A stretch of 64,000 nucleotides of DNA from an uncultured Acidobacteriota bacterium (GCA_963713825.1 CAVQNG010000034.1:91933-155932), one strand, 5' to 3'; positions 54,729-64,000 are shown, counted from the stretch's first letter. The notes: a model not told the origin generated them from the sequence alone. Numbers and translations are program-made.

Positions 54729-54928
54729 TAGCGATCAGAACCAGCGGGCACCAATCCGAAACCTCGGCCCCGCCGGAGTCTCGGTAGACGTCGAGCCTCA
54801 GGGAAAAGCGTCGTCAGGAAAAGCATCGTTTTTGGCGCGAGAAGCATCGAATGACAGGTGAGCCGTCGAATAGACTTGGTCTGGAGCGCAAGCCGGGGTG
54901 AGCCACGGCAGGGAGAGGAGAAGCTGCG

Positions 54929-56653
54929 ATGCGGAAATTGAAGGTTGCCCTTCCCGAGAAACTGTCCGCTGGGGTGCGGGCTCGTGTCTCGGAGTGGCAG
55001 CTCGCGGGCAAGGTCGAGCGACTTTGGGGCCGCGATGCCTCCCTTTGGACTGGCGGCAACGAGGCGAGCTGGCTCGGTTGGCTCGATATCGTCGGTCAGC
55101 AGGGCTCAGAAGTCGAATCGCTTCTGGAATTCGCTCGGGAGATTCAGGATGAGGAGTTCACCGATGTCGTCGTCCTGGGGATGGGAGGTTCGAGCCTTTG
55201 CCCCGAGGTGTTGAGTCAGAGTTTCGGCCTCCAGGCGGGATACCCGCGACTCCAGATCCTCGACTCGACTGTTCCAGCTCAGGTCCTGGCGCTTCAGGAG
55301 AGCCTCGACCTCGCCTCGACCCTGTTCATCGTCTCCAGCAAATCGGGCACGACCCTCGAACCGAACGTCTTCTTGAGCTACTTCCTGGACCGGGTACGCC
55401 AAGAGCCGGGGGTGGACGATGCGGCCCAGCATTTCGTCGCGATCACCGACCCTGGGTCGGCACTGCAGACGTTTGCCGAGGCTGAGGGCTTTCGACGCAT
55501 CTTCTTCGGAGTACCGGAGATCGGTGGCCGCTTTTCTGCCCTGTCGAACTTTGGAATGGTTCCGGCGGCGGCCATGGGCCTCGATCTGGGGCGTTGGTTA
55601 GCCCGCGCCAGGGCCATGGCCCTGGCCTGTGCAGAGACGGGGGATGGCACGGAGAATCCGGGCCTCCTGTTGGGTGCGCTGATTGGCGAGTGCCAGCGTC
55701 ACGGTCGCGACAAGATGACGATTGTCGGCTCACCAGGAATTCGCGACCTGGGTGCCTGGCTGGAACAACTGGTGGCCGAATCGACGGGCAAGGATGGCAA
55801 GGCCGTGATTCCCGTGGACCGGGAAGAGATAGGCCAAGCAGATACATATGGAGAGGATCGTCTATTCATCTACCTGCGTTTGGATGAGTCCCCCGATCCA
55901 GCTCAGGACGAGGCGATCGGGCGCTTGGTCAAGGCCGGCCAGCCGGTCGTGCAGATCTCTCTGGCCGATCGCTACGACCTCGCGGCGGAGTTCTTTCGAT
56001 GGGAGTTCGCGACGGCTGTGGTGGGGTCGATCATGGGTGTGGATCCGTTCAACCAGCCCGATGTGGAGGCCAGCAAACTCGCCAGCAAGCGGTTGACCGA
56101 AGCCTATGAGCTCAGTGGCTCCCTGCCGTCGGACCAGCCTGTCCTGACGGATGAGGAGACCGGCATACTCTTGTTCGCCGACGATCGCAATCGAGACGCT
56201 CTGAGCTCTCGAGCGCATGACGGCTCTCTCGCGGCTTGGCTGCGGGCACACTTCAAGCGCCTGGGACCGAGCGACTATTTCGCTCTGCTGGCCTATCTCG
56301 AAATGAACGAAGGCAACGAGCGCGAGCTGCAGACGATCCGGCAAGCGGTTCGAGAACGCTACTCGGTGGCTACCTGCCTTGGTTTCGGCCCCCGATTTCT
56401 ACATTCGACTGGGCAAGCCTACAAGGGAGGCCCGAACTCCGGGGTCTTCCTCCAGATCACCGGTGACGACGTTGAAGATCTCCCGATTCCGGGGCGCAAG
56501 TACACTTTCGGGATCGTCAAGGCAGCTCAGGCAAGCGGCGACCTCGAAGTGCTCGAAGAGCGGGCCCGTCGGGCTCTTACGGTCCACCTTCGTGGCAACT
56601 CGGCCGAAGCTCTCCCCAGGTTGAGGCGCCTGATTCTGGAGGCCCTCGAATAG
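54929..56653 (+). CDS. pgi: Glucose-6-phosphate isomerase (type found in Tal-Pgi fusions)
   Basis: GMGGSSL, SSKSGTTLE, GGRFSALS, EQLVAESTGK, DPFNQPDVEASK, GPRFLHSTGQAYKGG. Confidence 0.88.
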   Translation: MRKLKVALPEKLSAGVRARVSEWQLAGKVERLWGRDASLWTGGNEASWLGWLDIVGQQGSEVESLLEFAREIQDEEFTDVVVLGMGGSSLCPEVLSQSFGLQAGYPRLQILDSTVPAQVLALQESLDLASTLFIVSSKSGTTLEPNVFLSYFLDRVRQEPGVDDAAQHFVAITDPGSALQTFAEAEGFRRIFFGVPEIGGRFSALSNFGMVPAAAMGLDLGRWLARARAMALACAETGDGTENPGLLLGALIGECQRHGRDKMTIVGSPGIRDLGAWLEQLVAESTGKDGKAVIPVDREEIGQADTYGEDRLFIYLRLDESPDPAQDEAIGRLVKAGQPVVQISLADRYDLAAEFFRWEFATAVVGSIMGVDPFNQPDVEASKLASKRLTEAYELSGSLPSDQPVLTDEETGILLFADDRNRDALSSRAHDGSLAAWLRAHFKRLGPSDYFALLAYLEMNEGNERELQTIRQAVRERYSVATCLGFGPRFLHSTGQAYKGGPNSGVFLQITGDDVEDLPIPGRKYTFGIVKAAQASGDLEVLEERARRALTVHLRGNSAEALPRLRRLILEALE

Positions 56654-56775
56654 AGGCGGAATCGGCTAAGTCCCTTCGTTGTTATGAGAAGAAAGGACGG
56701 CCGTAGTAGAATCGCGGGCCCGATCACAGGAGATCGGCTCCTGTACCACCCCCTGGTTTGTGGACGAAGACGATT

Positions 56776-57816
56776 GTGAAGATTCCGATTCAGATCATCA
56801 TCCTGATGGGTGCAGCAGTCCTGGTCGCCTCGGCGAGTGCCGCTGGGGTCCTCCAAGCGACGCTCGAGGGCGGTGAGCTGTATGCCGTGCAGGGGCGGGA
56901 CACGCTCCGAATCGGACGCCTTGGTGGAGCCGAGCAGGAGGTCGATGTCGCTTCGGGGGCGTCGATTCATGCCCTCGAGCCCACCCGCGCCGGGTGGTTG
57001 GCGGCGGGTCACCGGGCGACCGCCGATGGCACTGAGCTCCTGTTGATCGAGCAGAGCGAGGGCACGATCCAATCGCTTCCCGTTCCTCAGGTCCTGGGCG
57101 CCAAGCTCAGCGGACAGCCGATCCTGCTGATGCAGGACGATTCCCTGGTAGGACTGGTCTGGGCCGCTGGGAACGAGCTCCGGGGCCTCGAGATCTGGGC
57201 AGCGGAGTGGTTCCATGGGAGGTGGGGCGAGCCCGAGCTTGTCTCCCCGAAGGGGCCCGGCAGTCAGGTCGCGCCCAGAGCCTTGGTTCTTGACGACGGC
57301 AGCTGGTTGGTGGTCTGGGCAGCCTACGACGGCGAGGACGACGAAATCGTCTGGAGTGTTCGAAGCCGGGCTGGGTGGACGAAACCGTCGAGAGTCGCCG
57401 ATGACAATGCGGTGCCCGATATCACCCCGCGATTGCTCGCAATCGATGGGGGAGCCCTGCTCGCCTGGAGCTGGTACGACGGCAACGACTACCGGATGAG
57501 GACGTCGCGCTTCCTCGACGGGAGTTGGACGACTCCCGAGTCGTTCGGGGACAAGGGCTCCCTCTATCCGACGGTCATTCAGACCGACGAGGGCGGGCTG
57601 CTGTTGTACAAGACTGTCGAGCCGGCATCCTGGACCGTGCTGGCCTTGGACCGGCAGGGAGTAGCAAGTCGCCGTGCTGTTGTGACGGATGACTCCGAAG
57701 ATCGACCGCTCCTCGCGATCGACGAGTCGAATGGCGCCTTGCTGCGATGGCAGGCCGCCTACGGGCGCTTCGATCTGGCGCGGGATCGGGCCGCGGCCTG
57801 GCAGGATCTACCATGA
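56776..57816 (+). CDS. Secreted hypothetical protein (repetitive, beta-rich)
   Basis: Signal peptide; recurring LVW/VVW/LAW...W..P units; ATGA-coupled to the next gene; start uncertain. Confidence 0.72.
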   Translation: MKIPIQIIILMGAAVLVASASAAGVLQATLEGGELYAVQGRDTLRIGRLGGAEQEVDVASGASIHALEPTRAGWLAAGHRATADGTELLLIEQSEGTIQSLPVPQVLGAKLSGQPILLMQDDSLVGLVWAAGNELRGLEIWAAEWFHGRWGEPELVSPKGPGSQVAPRALVLDDGSWLVVWAAYDGEDDEIVWSVRSRAGWTKPSRVADDNAVPDITPRLLAIDGGALLAWSWYDGNDYRMRTSRFLDGSWTTPESFGDKGSLYPTVIQTDEGGLLLYKTVEPASWTVLALDRQGVASRRAVVTDDSEDRPLLAIDESNGALLRWQAAYGRFDLARDRAAAWQDLP

Positions 57817-58916
57817 AGTGGTCGGTCTTTTCGGCGACGCTTCTCTTGAGCGTGGTGTTCGCGGCCACGGATGCCGAGGCGCAGTTTCGATACCTGTGCT
57901 TTGGCGACAGCATCACTCTGGGCAACTATGACGACGAGTACGATGTCGGCGATCCTGCGCATGGATATCCGGGGCGGCTGGCGGGATTCGAGAACGGGGC
58001 GAGTGAGCCGAAGCGCCTGAATTGTTCCGTCAACAACTGCGAGGTCGTAAACAAGGGCAAGTCGGGCGAGAAGACTCCGGGTGGGCTCACTCGCATCGAC
58101 AATGTCCTCAATAACAACCCCTCCCACGTGCTGTTGCTCATGGAGGGTACGAACGACATCTTTGTCGAGTACGACAAGGACTATCCCACATGGTCCTTTG
58201 AAACCATGGTCTTCAACCTGAAGGAGATGGCCAGGAAGGCCGAAGATCGGGGCACCGACGCCGTGCACGCCTCGATCATCTGGTTTCATCCGAACGGGGA
58301 TCATGGGACCTCCAAGAACGGCCAGGTCCGCGATCTGCGGGACGAGATGGCCAGTACGGCTAGCGCTAACGATCGGTATTTCGTTGATATCTGGAATGTG
58401 CTGTGCCCCGTCAGTGGAGATGTCCACGGGCACACTCAGACTCAATGCTTCGACCTCCACTACGCAGATGCGCCGCCTGATGATCGCGGCCATCCGGTCG
58501 GGTCGGGGTACGACATGATGGCCGACGAGTTCTACGACGTCATCACCTCGGAGCCGGTACCCGGTGCTCCGGCCACCGTCAATCCCAAGAACACGATCTC
58601 CACGGGCACGCCCACATTCACCTGGGAGCGCGAGGTCCCGAATCGGGCAACGTGGTATCGGCTCCAGTTGGACGACAGTGTTGGCACCATTCTGGATATT
58701 TGGCTGAAAGCGGACGACTACTGCAATGCGAGCTCATGCTCCTACCAGCCGGGCAATCTGGCCGACGGCAGTCACAGCTGGCGAGTCAGAGGCCGCAACC
58801 CCAGCGGCACTGGGAACTGGAGCGCCTCGCGGTCTTTCGCGGTGTCCACGAACCGGCTCTTCTTCGACGGTTTCGAGTCCGGCAACACCTCCGCCTGGTC
58901 AGCCTCCTTACCCTAG
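57813..58916 (+). CDS. Secreted SGNH/GDSL hydrolase + FN3-like domain + FxDGFESG tail
   Basis: FGDSIT, GKSGE, EGTND and DRGHP blocks; TFTW...HSWRVRGRN; ends LFFDGFESGNTSAWSASLP. Confidence 0.9.
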   Translation: MKWSVFSATLLLSVVFAATDAEAQFRYLCFGDSITLGNYDDEYDVGDPAHGYPGRLAGFENGASEPKRLNCSVNNCEVVNKGKSGEKTPGGLTRIDNVLNNNPSHVLLLMEGTNDIFVEYDKDYPTWSFETMVFNLKEMARKAEDRGTDAVHASIIWFHPNGDHGTSKNGQVRDLRDEMASTASANDRYFVDIWNVLCPVSGDVHGHTQTQCFDLHYADAPPDDRGHPVGSGYDMMADEFYDVITSEPVPGAPATVNPKNTISTGTPTFTWEREVPNRATWYRLQLDDSVGTILDIWLKADDYCNASSCSYQPGNLADGSHSWRVRGRNPSGTGNWSASRSFAVSTNRLFFDGFESGNTSAWSASLP

Positions 58917-58941
58917 CCTCCGTTGCTACAATCCCTACCAG

Positions 58942-59028
58942 GCCGGAGTGGCGGAACTGGCAGACGCAGGGGACTTAAAATCCCCCCTCCGCAAGGAGTT
59001 GCGGGTTCGAATCCCGCCTCCGGCACCA
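58942..59028 (+). tRNA. tRNA-Leu (TAA)
   Basis: GCCGGAG/CTCCGGC acceptor stem, anticodon arm GGGGA-CTTAAAA-TCCCC, long variable arm, CCA; extended -10 TGCTACAAT just upstream. Confidence 0.97.
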
Positions 59029-59459
59029 TCATAAACTCCACAAAAAAATAGACTTACGGCTCTCTAGGGTGCCTCCCTTCGTGGCCGCTATCCAGGCCGG
59101 AGGTAACAATTTTGGTAACACTGCGCTCCGATTGAGAGCTGCACTCGACAAGCGCGAGCTATCGAAATCGGAACCTCCGCGATCCGAGCGACCATGTAGA
59201 TTAGTCTCGCAAAGGCCTCGATCGTTACAGCCGCCTTCGGCACTCTCATCTCTGGAGTTCGAATCAAGTCGGGGTGAAGCTCACACGCTAGATGCGTGGA
59301 ACCGGGGGTCACGTCAGTGGCATTGCTTCAGCTGAAGTGCTCCCCAGTTTGATATCACACTCCCGGTTCAGGCGCCTCACCCCCTTTCTGACACACCTCT
59401 GACCGCGAGTCGCGAGCCCTTCTCGGCCCTGCATCCATTCGGAAGACTCTGTGAGGCCG

Positions 59460-59666
59460 TCACTGACCCGCGGTGCCCGTCAAGAGATGCTCGACCGTCA
59501 GAAGTAGGTCCGGCAAGTCCTGTCGAATGAGGTGCCAAACGATCTCGTGGTCGATCGTGTCGTATCCGTGCGCCAGGATGTTCCGGAAAGCGACGATACG
59601 AGGTGTCTCGCCGGGATGGTCTGCTGTCGCTGGATCAGCGCGCCGTATCCGTGGGTGTTCCTGTCT
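59460..59666 (-). pseudogene. HepT/DUF86 (HEPN) RNase toxin fragment
   Basis: Manual translation ...PRIVAFRNILAHGYDTIDHEIVWHLIRQDLPDLL...*, containing Rx4HxY; upstream in-frame stop at 59667-59669, N-terminus missing. Confidence 0.8.
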
Positions 59667-59975
59667 TCAGAGTCCGGTTACCGACCTCGAGAGGGAAGAG
59701 GCCCGTGGCGTGCAGGTGTCGGCGTCGCGGCAGTGGTTCTCGTGCCAGCCTCTGCGGGGCGCTTAGGACCGGACCGGCGATGTCTGCGCGACTCGCTCCC
59801 TGCGCTTGACCTATGACTCGAGCGTTGATTCTTTCAGAACGCATGAATCTTTCGATCATACGGTCTTGATTCAGATGTCGCTTCTCCCCTAGGCTAATAA
59901 CGAGTATCGCGGCAGCTGACCGGGCTTCACTAGCAGTCGGATTGAGGATCCTCTTTCGCCCAGCTAGGGCCCAAC

Positions 59976-60902
59976 ATGAGACGCTTCAAGAGCATCCTTC
60001 TCTACGCGAATCGAGGGTCGAGCTCCAGTGCTGCGCTCGATGGGCGCTGGCACTGGCCGCCGAGAATCAGGCCTTTCTCCACGTGGTCGACGTCCTGCCC
60101 GGTGCGAAGGAAGGCAGAGTGTCGGCGAGGGGCATTCTCCGATCCAGAAAGTCCGAAGTCGCAGCGAGGCTCAGGGCGCTGGGTAGGTTCGTGGAACCTG
60201 GCTGGAGGCGAGGTGTGGCCGTTCAGGTCGAGGTTCTAGTTGGCAGGCCGTTCGTTGAGATCATCCGAGCTGTCCTACGCAATGGGCACGATCTGGTGGT
60301 CCTCAACGCCGAATCACAGGAAGGTCGTCGAGGAGACCCGCAGCCGAGAACGGGGGTGCACCTCCTTAGGGACTGTCCATGTGCGGTCTGGATGGTCAAA
60401 GGGGACCAGCGCGAACCTCACCGGCGAGTGCTGGCCGCCGTGGACGCGGACGAGATTGGAGCGGCGCCCAGAATGAGAGTCTGAGGGTACTGGAGTTCGC
60501 GAAGTCAGTGGCGGAGTCCGGAACTGTGAACTTCGAATCGTCTACGGTTTGGGCCATTGGACCTCCGACTACTCAGTGAGCAGGCTGGGCCGTCACGATT
60601 CTCGACTAGATCAGCTTCTACAGCGGTGCGACCTGAGCCTTGCGCATCACCATGTCTACATAGAGAGCGGAGCAGTCGTAGACGTCGTCGCCACTCTCTG
60701 CGCGGAGGTCGACGTGCTCGTCATCGGAACGGTCTGGAGGGGCGGGCCGGCCGGAGTCCTGGTCGCGGACGCTGCACAGGACGCTTTGGCGCGAGTCGAT
60801 TGTTCCGTCCTGGCCGTGAAGCCGGAGGGGCTGATCACACCGCCGCGGTTCAGTGGGCGGCCGTCCTCCCGGGCGAGTCGTGTCACGTCCCGGGCGGCGT
60901 GA
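59976..60902 (+). pseudogene. Tandem-domain universal stress protein (UspE-like), multiple frameshifts
   Basis: MRRFKSILL..., HLLRDCPCAVW, RVLAAVD and VLVIGTV...DCSVLAVKP fall in different frames. Confidence 0.82.
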
Positions 60903-60950
60903 GGCGGCCTCATCAGGTGTCCCTCGGGAAGGGGAACCGATCTCGCGTCT

Positions 60951-61848
60951 CTACGCCCCAGCTTCCTCGCCAGAGTCGCAAATCGCCAACACAGCAGGGT
61001 GCTGCAACTGCCGCTCGACGGTGACCGCATAGTAGCGGGCGTGGGTGCCTTCCAGTGTGCCTACGCACTCGACGCCGTATTCGCGTTTGAGGTCGTCTGC
61101 GATCGACAGTGGGGCTGGAAACAGCCCGACGCCAATCCAGCCGAAATTTTTCATCAGAGCCCCGTCCTCGAACACTCCAGCCACTCTGGGTTGGACTCCG
61201 TGCGTGTCCGACCACCGACCGAACGATCTGCGGATGGAGGAGTTGGGGGTCGGCAGAAGAACCGGCGCCCCCTCCATCGACCCTGGAAACCCGTGACAGT
61301 GCTGCCGAGCCAGCTCCGGAGTACCGAAGATAGCTATGACGCCTCTGGGGAAGCCGGCTGAAAGCCTGCACGGTGGATCCCGGCTTGGCAGGTGCATCGA
61401 GGAGACCAGATCGAGACGATGCAGCGCCAATTCACCGAGGAGGAGCTCGGAATGCCCTTCTCGGCAGTTCAATAGAATCTCCGGAGAATCAATGAACGCG
61501 GGCTGCAGGAGCTTCGTGGCTAGCAGTTTTGGCACGGCATCTGCGATTCCAACCTGGAGGCTGAGTGGGCCTCCGTATCCCAGCCCGTGACCGCGTGGGT
61601 CAGTTCCCTGCCGAGCCCGAAGATCTGTTCAGCGTAGCGGAAGGCTATATGACCGACATCGGTCAGACGGATGTTCCGGCCCACCCTTCTGAAGAGCTTC
61701 ACCTGGAGAGCTTCTCCAATTGACCAACCTGCGAGCTGATCGTAGAAGGCGATATGTCGAGGACCTGGCTAGCGGGCGAGATCCCGCCCTCTCTGGCGAC
61801 GATCCAGAAGTCGTAGAGGTGTTGGAAGTTCAGGAAGTCGATCGGCAT
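60951..61848 (-). pseudogene. nhaR: NhaR-like LysR regulator, frameshifted
   Basis: LNFQHLYDFWIVAREGG...KLFRRVGRNIRLTDVG...YAEQIFGLGREL...VGIADAVPK...FEDGALMKNFG...YYAVTVERQLQHPAV across several frames. Confidence 0.82.
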
Positions 61849-62389
61849 TCTTCATTCTAGCAAAGCGATGACATAGGTCTATTGTTCTCTCGTGATTCAA
61901 GTATTCCAAGCTGACTTTTGCGTCGGAGGTGCGCTAAGCACTCCGCTCGACAGGTCGGTCGAGCTCGTGACAGTAGGCCAGGCGAGCCAACGGGCTATTT
62001 GTTCTCTGAGAACGAACGAATCATTCGATCCTGCTGCTTGACCAATTGATGTCTGGCGGTTAGTCTAAGGCTGACCGAAGCGGGAGGTGCCCGCGACAGG
62101 AATGGGAAAATCATCGCGATCCAGGGCAAGTCCAAGCAACAAAGAGCCAACAGGCAGCGGGAGCACCAGAGAGCCGCCGGTAGGTACGACCGCGAGGGTG
62201 CGCAGGATCAGACACCGATTCACTCGGGGTATTGCGCGGTCTTTTCTCACCTTTGGCAGTCAGGAAAAAAGAGCCGTCTGGCGGGGAAGGTAGATGTATC
62301 GCAGGTGCGCAGGAAAACTCCGCCCGGCAGAGGCGGCCTAACGCGAACGAACTCTGGATCGCCCGCTCCGAGTCGCGAAGGGAAGGGAT

Positions 62390-63300
62390 ATGAAGCGTTT
62401 TCGCAACATCTTGCTCGTTGCCGGCCTGGGGGACGGACCGGTACCTAGGTACCTGTTCGCTCGAGCGCTCACCCTCTCCAAGAGAAACACGGCGAAGCTG
62501 ACGCTGATCGATATCGTGCCCAGGCTGGGGCTCATTCCCGAGGTTCTCCCCACGAGGTGCTCGAGCTCACCTCGAGTCATCGGCGCGAGTCGCTGCTTCG
62601 ACTCACGGAGAGAGCGCGAGAGCAGGGGATCGAGGTGGAGACAGCACTCGCAGCCGGAACGCCCTTCCTCGAGATCACTCGCCGGGTTCAGCGGTCAGGC
62701 ACGATCTCGTGATCACCGATGGGGGTCGGGGCGAGGAGCGAGGAGTTGATGGACAGCACGACCATGCACCTGATGCGCAAGTGCCCTTGCGCGATCTGGG
62801 TCGTTCGGCCGATCGGCAGCACCAGGTAAGAGAGGATCTTGGCCGCAGTCGACCCCGACCCAACCGATGCGGAAAGGACTCTCTCAACCGCAAGATCATG
62901 GAACTTGCGATCTCCCTGGCGAAGCTCGAGGCGAGCGAACTCCACGTTGTTCACGCGTGGGAACAGTTCGGACTTCCGGTCGGTTCGTCAGGAGATTCTG
63001 GGTGAAGTGGCAGGAGAGCGCGCGCGCCGAGGTCAAGAGCCGGTTCTGCGAGCTGCTCTCGGAACACCCAGCCGGCTCGATCCTCAAGTCCATCTTGTAA
63101 GGGGAAAGCCAGCTCCCTCGATCTCCCGGCTCGCTCGGTGAGAAGCAAATCGACTTGCTCGTCATGGGCACCGTCTGCCGGACAGGGATCGCGGCTTCTT
63201 CATCGGCAAACTGCGGAAGGGGTTCTCCAGAGAGTCGGCTGCTCACTCTTGGCGGTCAAGCCTCGAGGGTTTGTCTCGCCAATCGAGCCTGTCGGTGATT
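62390..63300 (+). pseudogene. Second UspE-like universal stress protein, disrupted
   Basis: MKRFRNILL, MHLMRKCPCAIW, TAA at 62827, ILAAVDP, LHVVHAW, LLVMGTVCRTG, CSLLAVKP in shifting frames. Confidence 0.82.
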
Positions 63301-63379
63301 CCAGCCGTCTGAGTGGGCCGTCCGGTGTGCGGAGAGGACAAACCGCTCCGAGGAGCCTCTCACCGCCCCTCGGGGCTCG

Positions 63380-64000
63380 GTCCAAATTAGATTCGTCGCA
63401 TCGCTGCTTCGGCGGGTCTCGGCAGCGGGCGGGAGCTCGCGCCGGTGGTCGGCGTCGTTGCATTCTTCCAGATCGCCGTTCTGCGCCAGCCTTTCCCGAA
63501 CCTGGCTGAGATGGTCGCGGGCCTGGTGCTCATCCTGGTCGGCTTGACCTCTTCGTGCCCGGTCAGGAATGGGCCTTTTTCCCCTCGGGGAATCGATGGC
63601 CTGGGACTTCGCACGAAAGGGTCACGTCGGGTGGCTGCTGGCCTTCGGGTTCGCTCTCGGTTTCGGAACCACCGTTGCCGAGCCGGCGCTAATCGCGGTA
63701 TCTCGAGAAGCGGCCGCTGCCGCAGCGCGGTCCGGAGCGATTGCAAGCAAATGGGGAGGCTGCGGCGAGCTACGCCATGGCGCTGCGGGAAACGGTGGCG
63801 CGGTCCGTCGGTTGCGCGGCGGGCTTCGGCGTGTTCTTCGCATCGTCGAGGGTCGGCCTGCTTCACTGGCTGATCAGCGTCTGGAGGCTACGGCCTGGTC
63901 GCCGGATTGACCGAGCTCGCACCTCCCAAGATCATCGGGATCTCCAACGATTAGTGGGGGGCGACGACATCGACGATCACCGTTCCGCTGGTGACGGCTC
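63380..64000 (+). pseudogene. DUF1538-family membrane protein, disrupted and running off the right edge
   Basis: [45 protein letters not shown] in shifting frames. Confidence 0.75.

Noticed and set aside
58865-58895. GGTTTCGAGTCCGGCAACACCTCC just before tRNA-Leu looks like a tRNA T-arm or attR copy of tRNA-Cys
   Set aside because: Fully explained by codons for GFESGNTS of the protein tail; poor match to the actual tRNA-Cys 3' end.

Overview
GC-rich bacterial chromosomal window; gene content and protein motifs suggest an Acidobacteriota (Thermoanaerobaculia-like) genome or MAG (inference). Left to right: secA (5' part) and an M23 peptidase; an acetate/acyl-CoA locus (acs divergent from an OFA-type MFS, an ADP-forming acyl-CoA ligase and a CoA-transferase-GNAT fusion); maeB; comM; a four-gene sucrose cluster (SPS, SPP, PfkB kinase, SuSy) bracketed by IS remnants; hutH-hutU followed by a large membrane histidine kinase, a Zn-protease lipoprotein, an OPT transporter and a glutaminyl cyclase; a housekeeping block (tRNA-Gly, bactofilin, ald, rluD-like, lspA, acpS, def, frameshifted cysS, yraN); tRNA-Gly/tRNA-Cys, then 13.5 kb of mostly secreted or accessory genes, then tRNA-Leu; and a degraded island (HepT fragment, two Usp genes, NhaR-like LysR, DUF1538). 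The most notable unexplained signal is a ~20-aa C-terminal motif, [ILV]FxDGFESG[DN]xS[AG]WSxxxP. It ends two unrelated secreted enzymes and one orphan gene stump, and is a candidate protein sorting/anchoring signal. A frameshift in essential cysS shows that some disruptions may be sequencing errors. All calls were made by eye from motifs; no searches were run.
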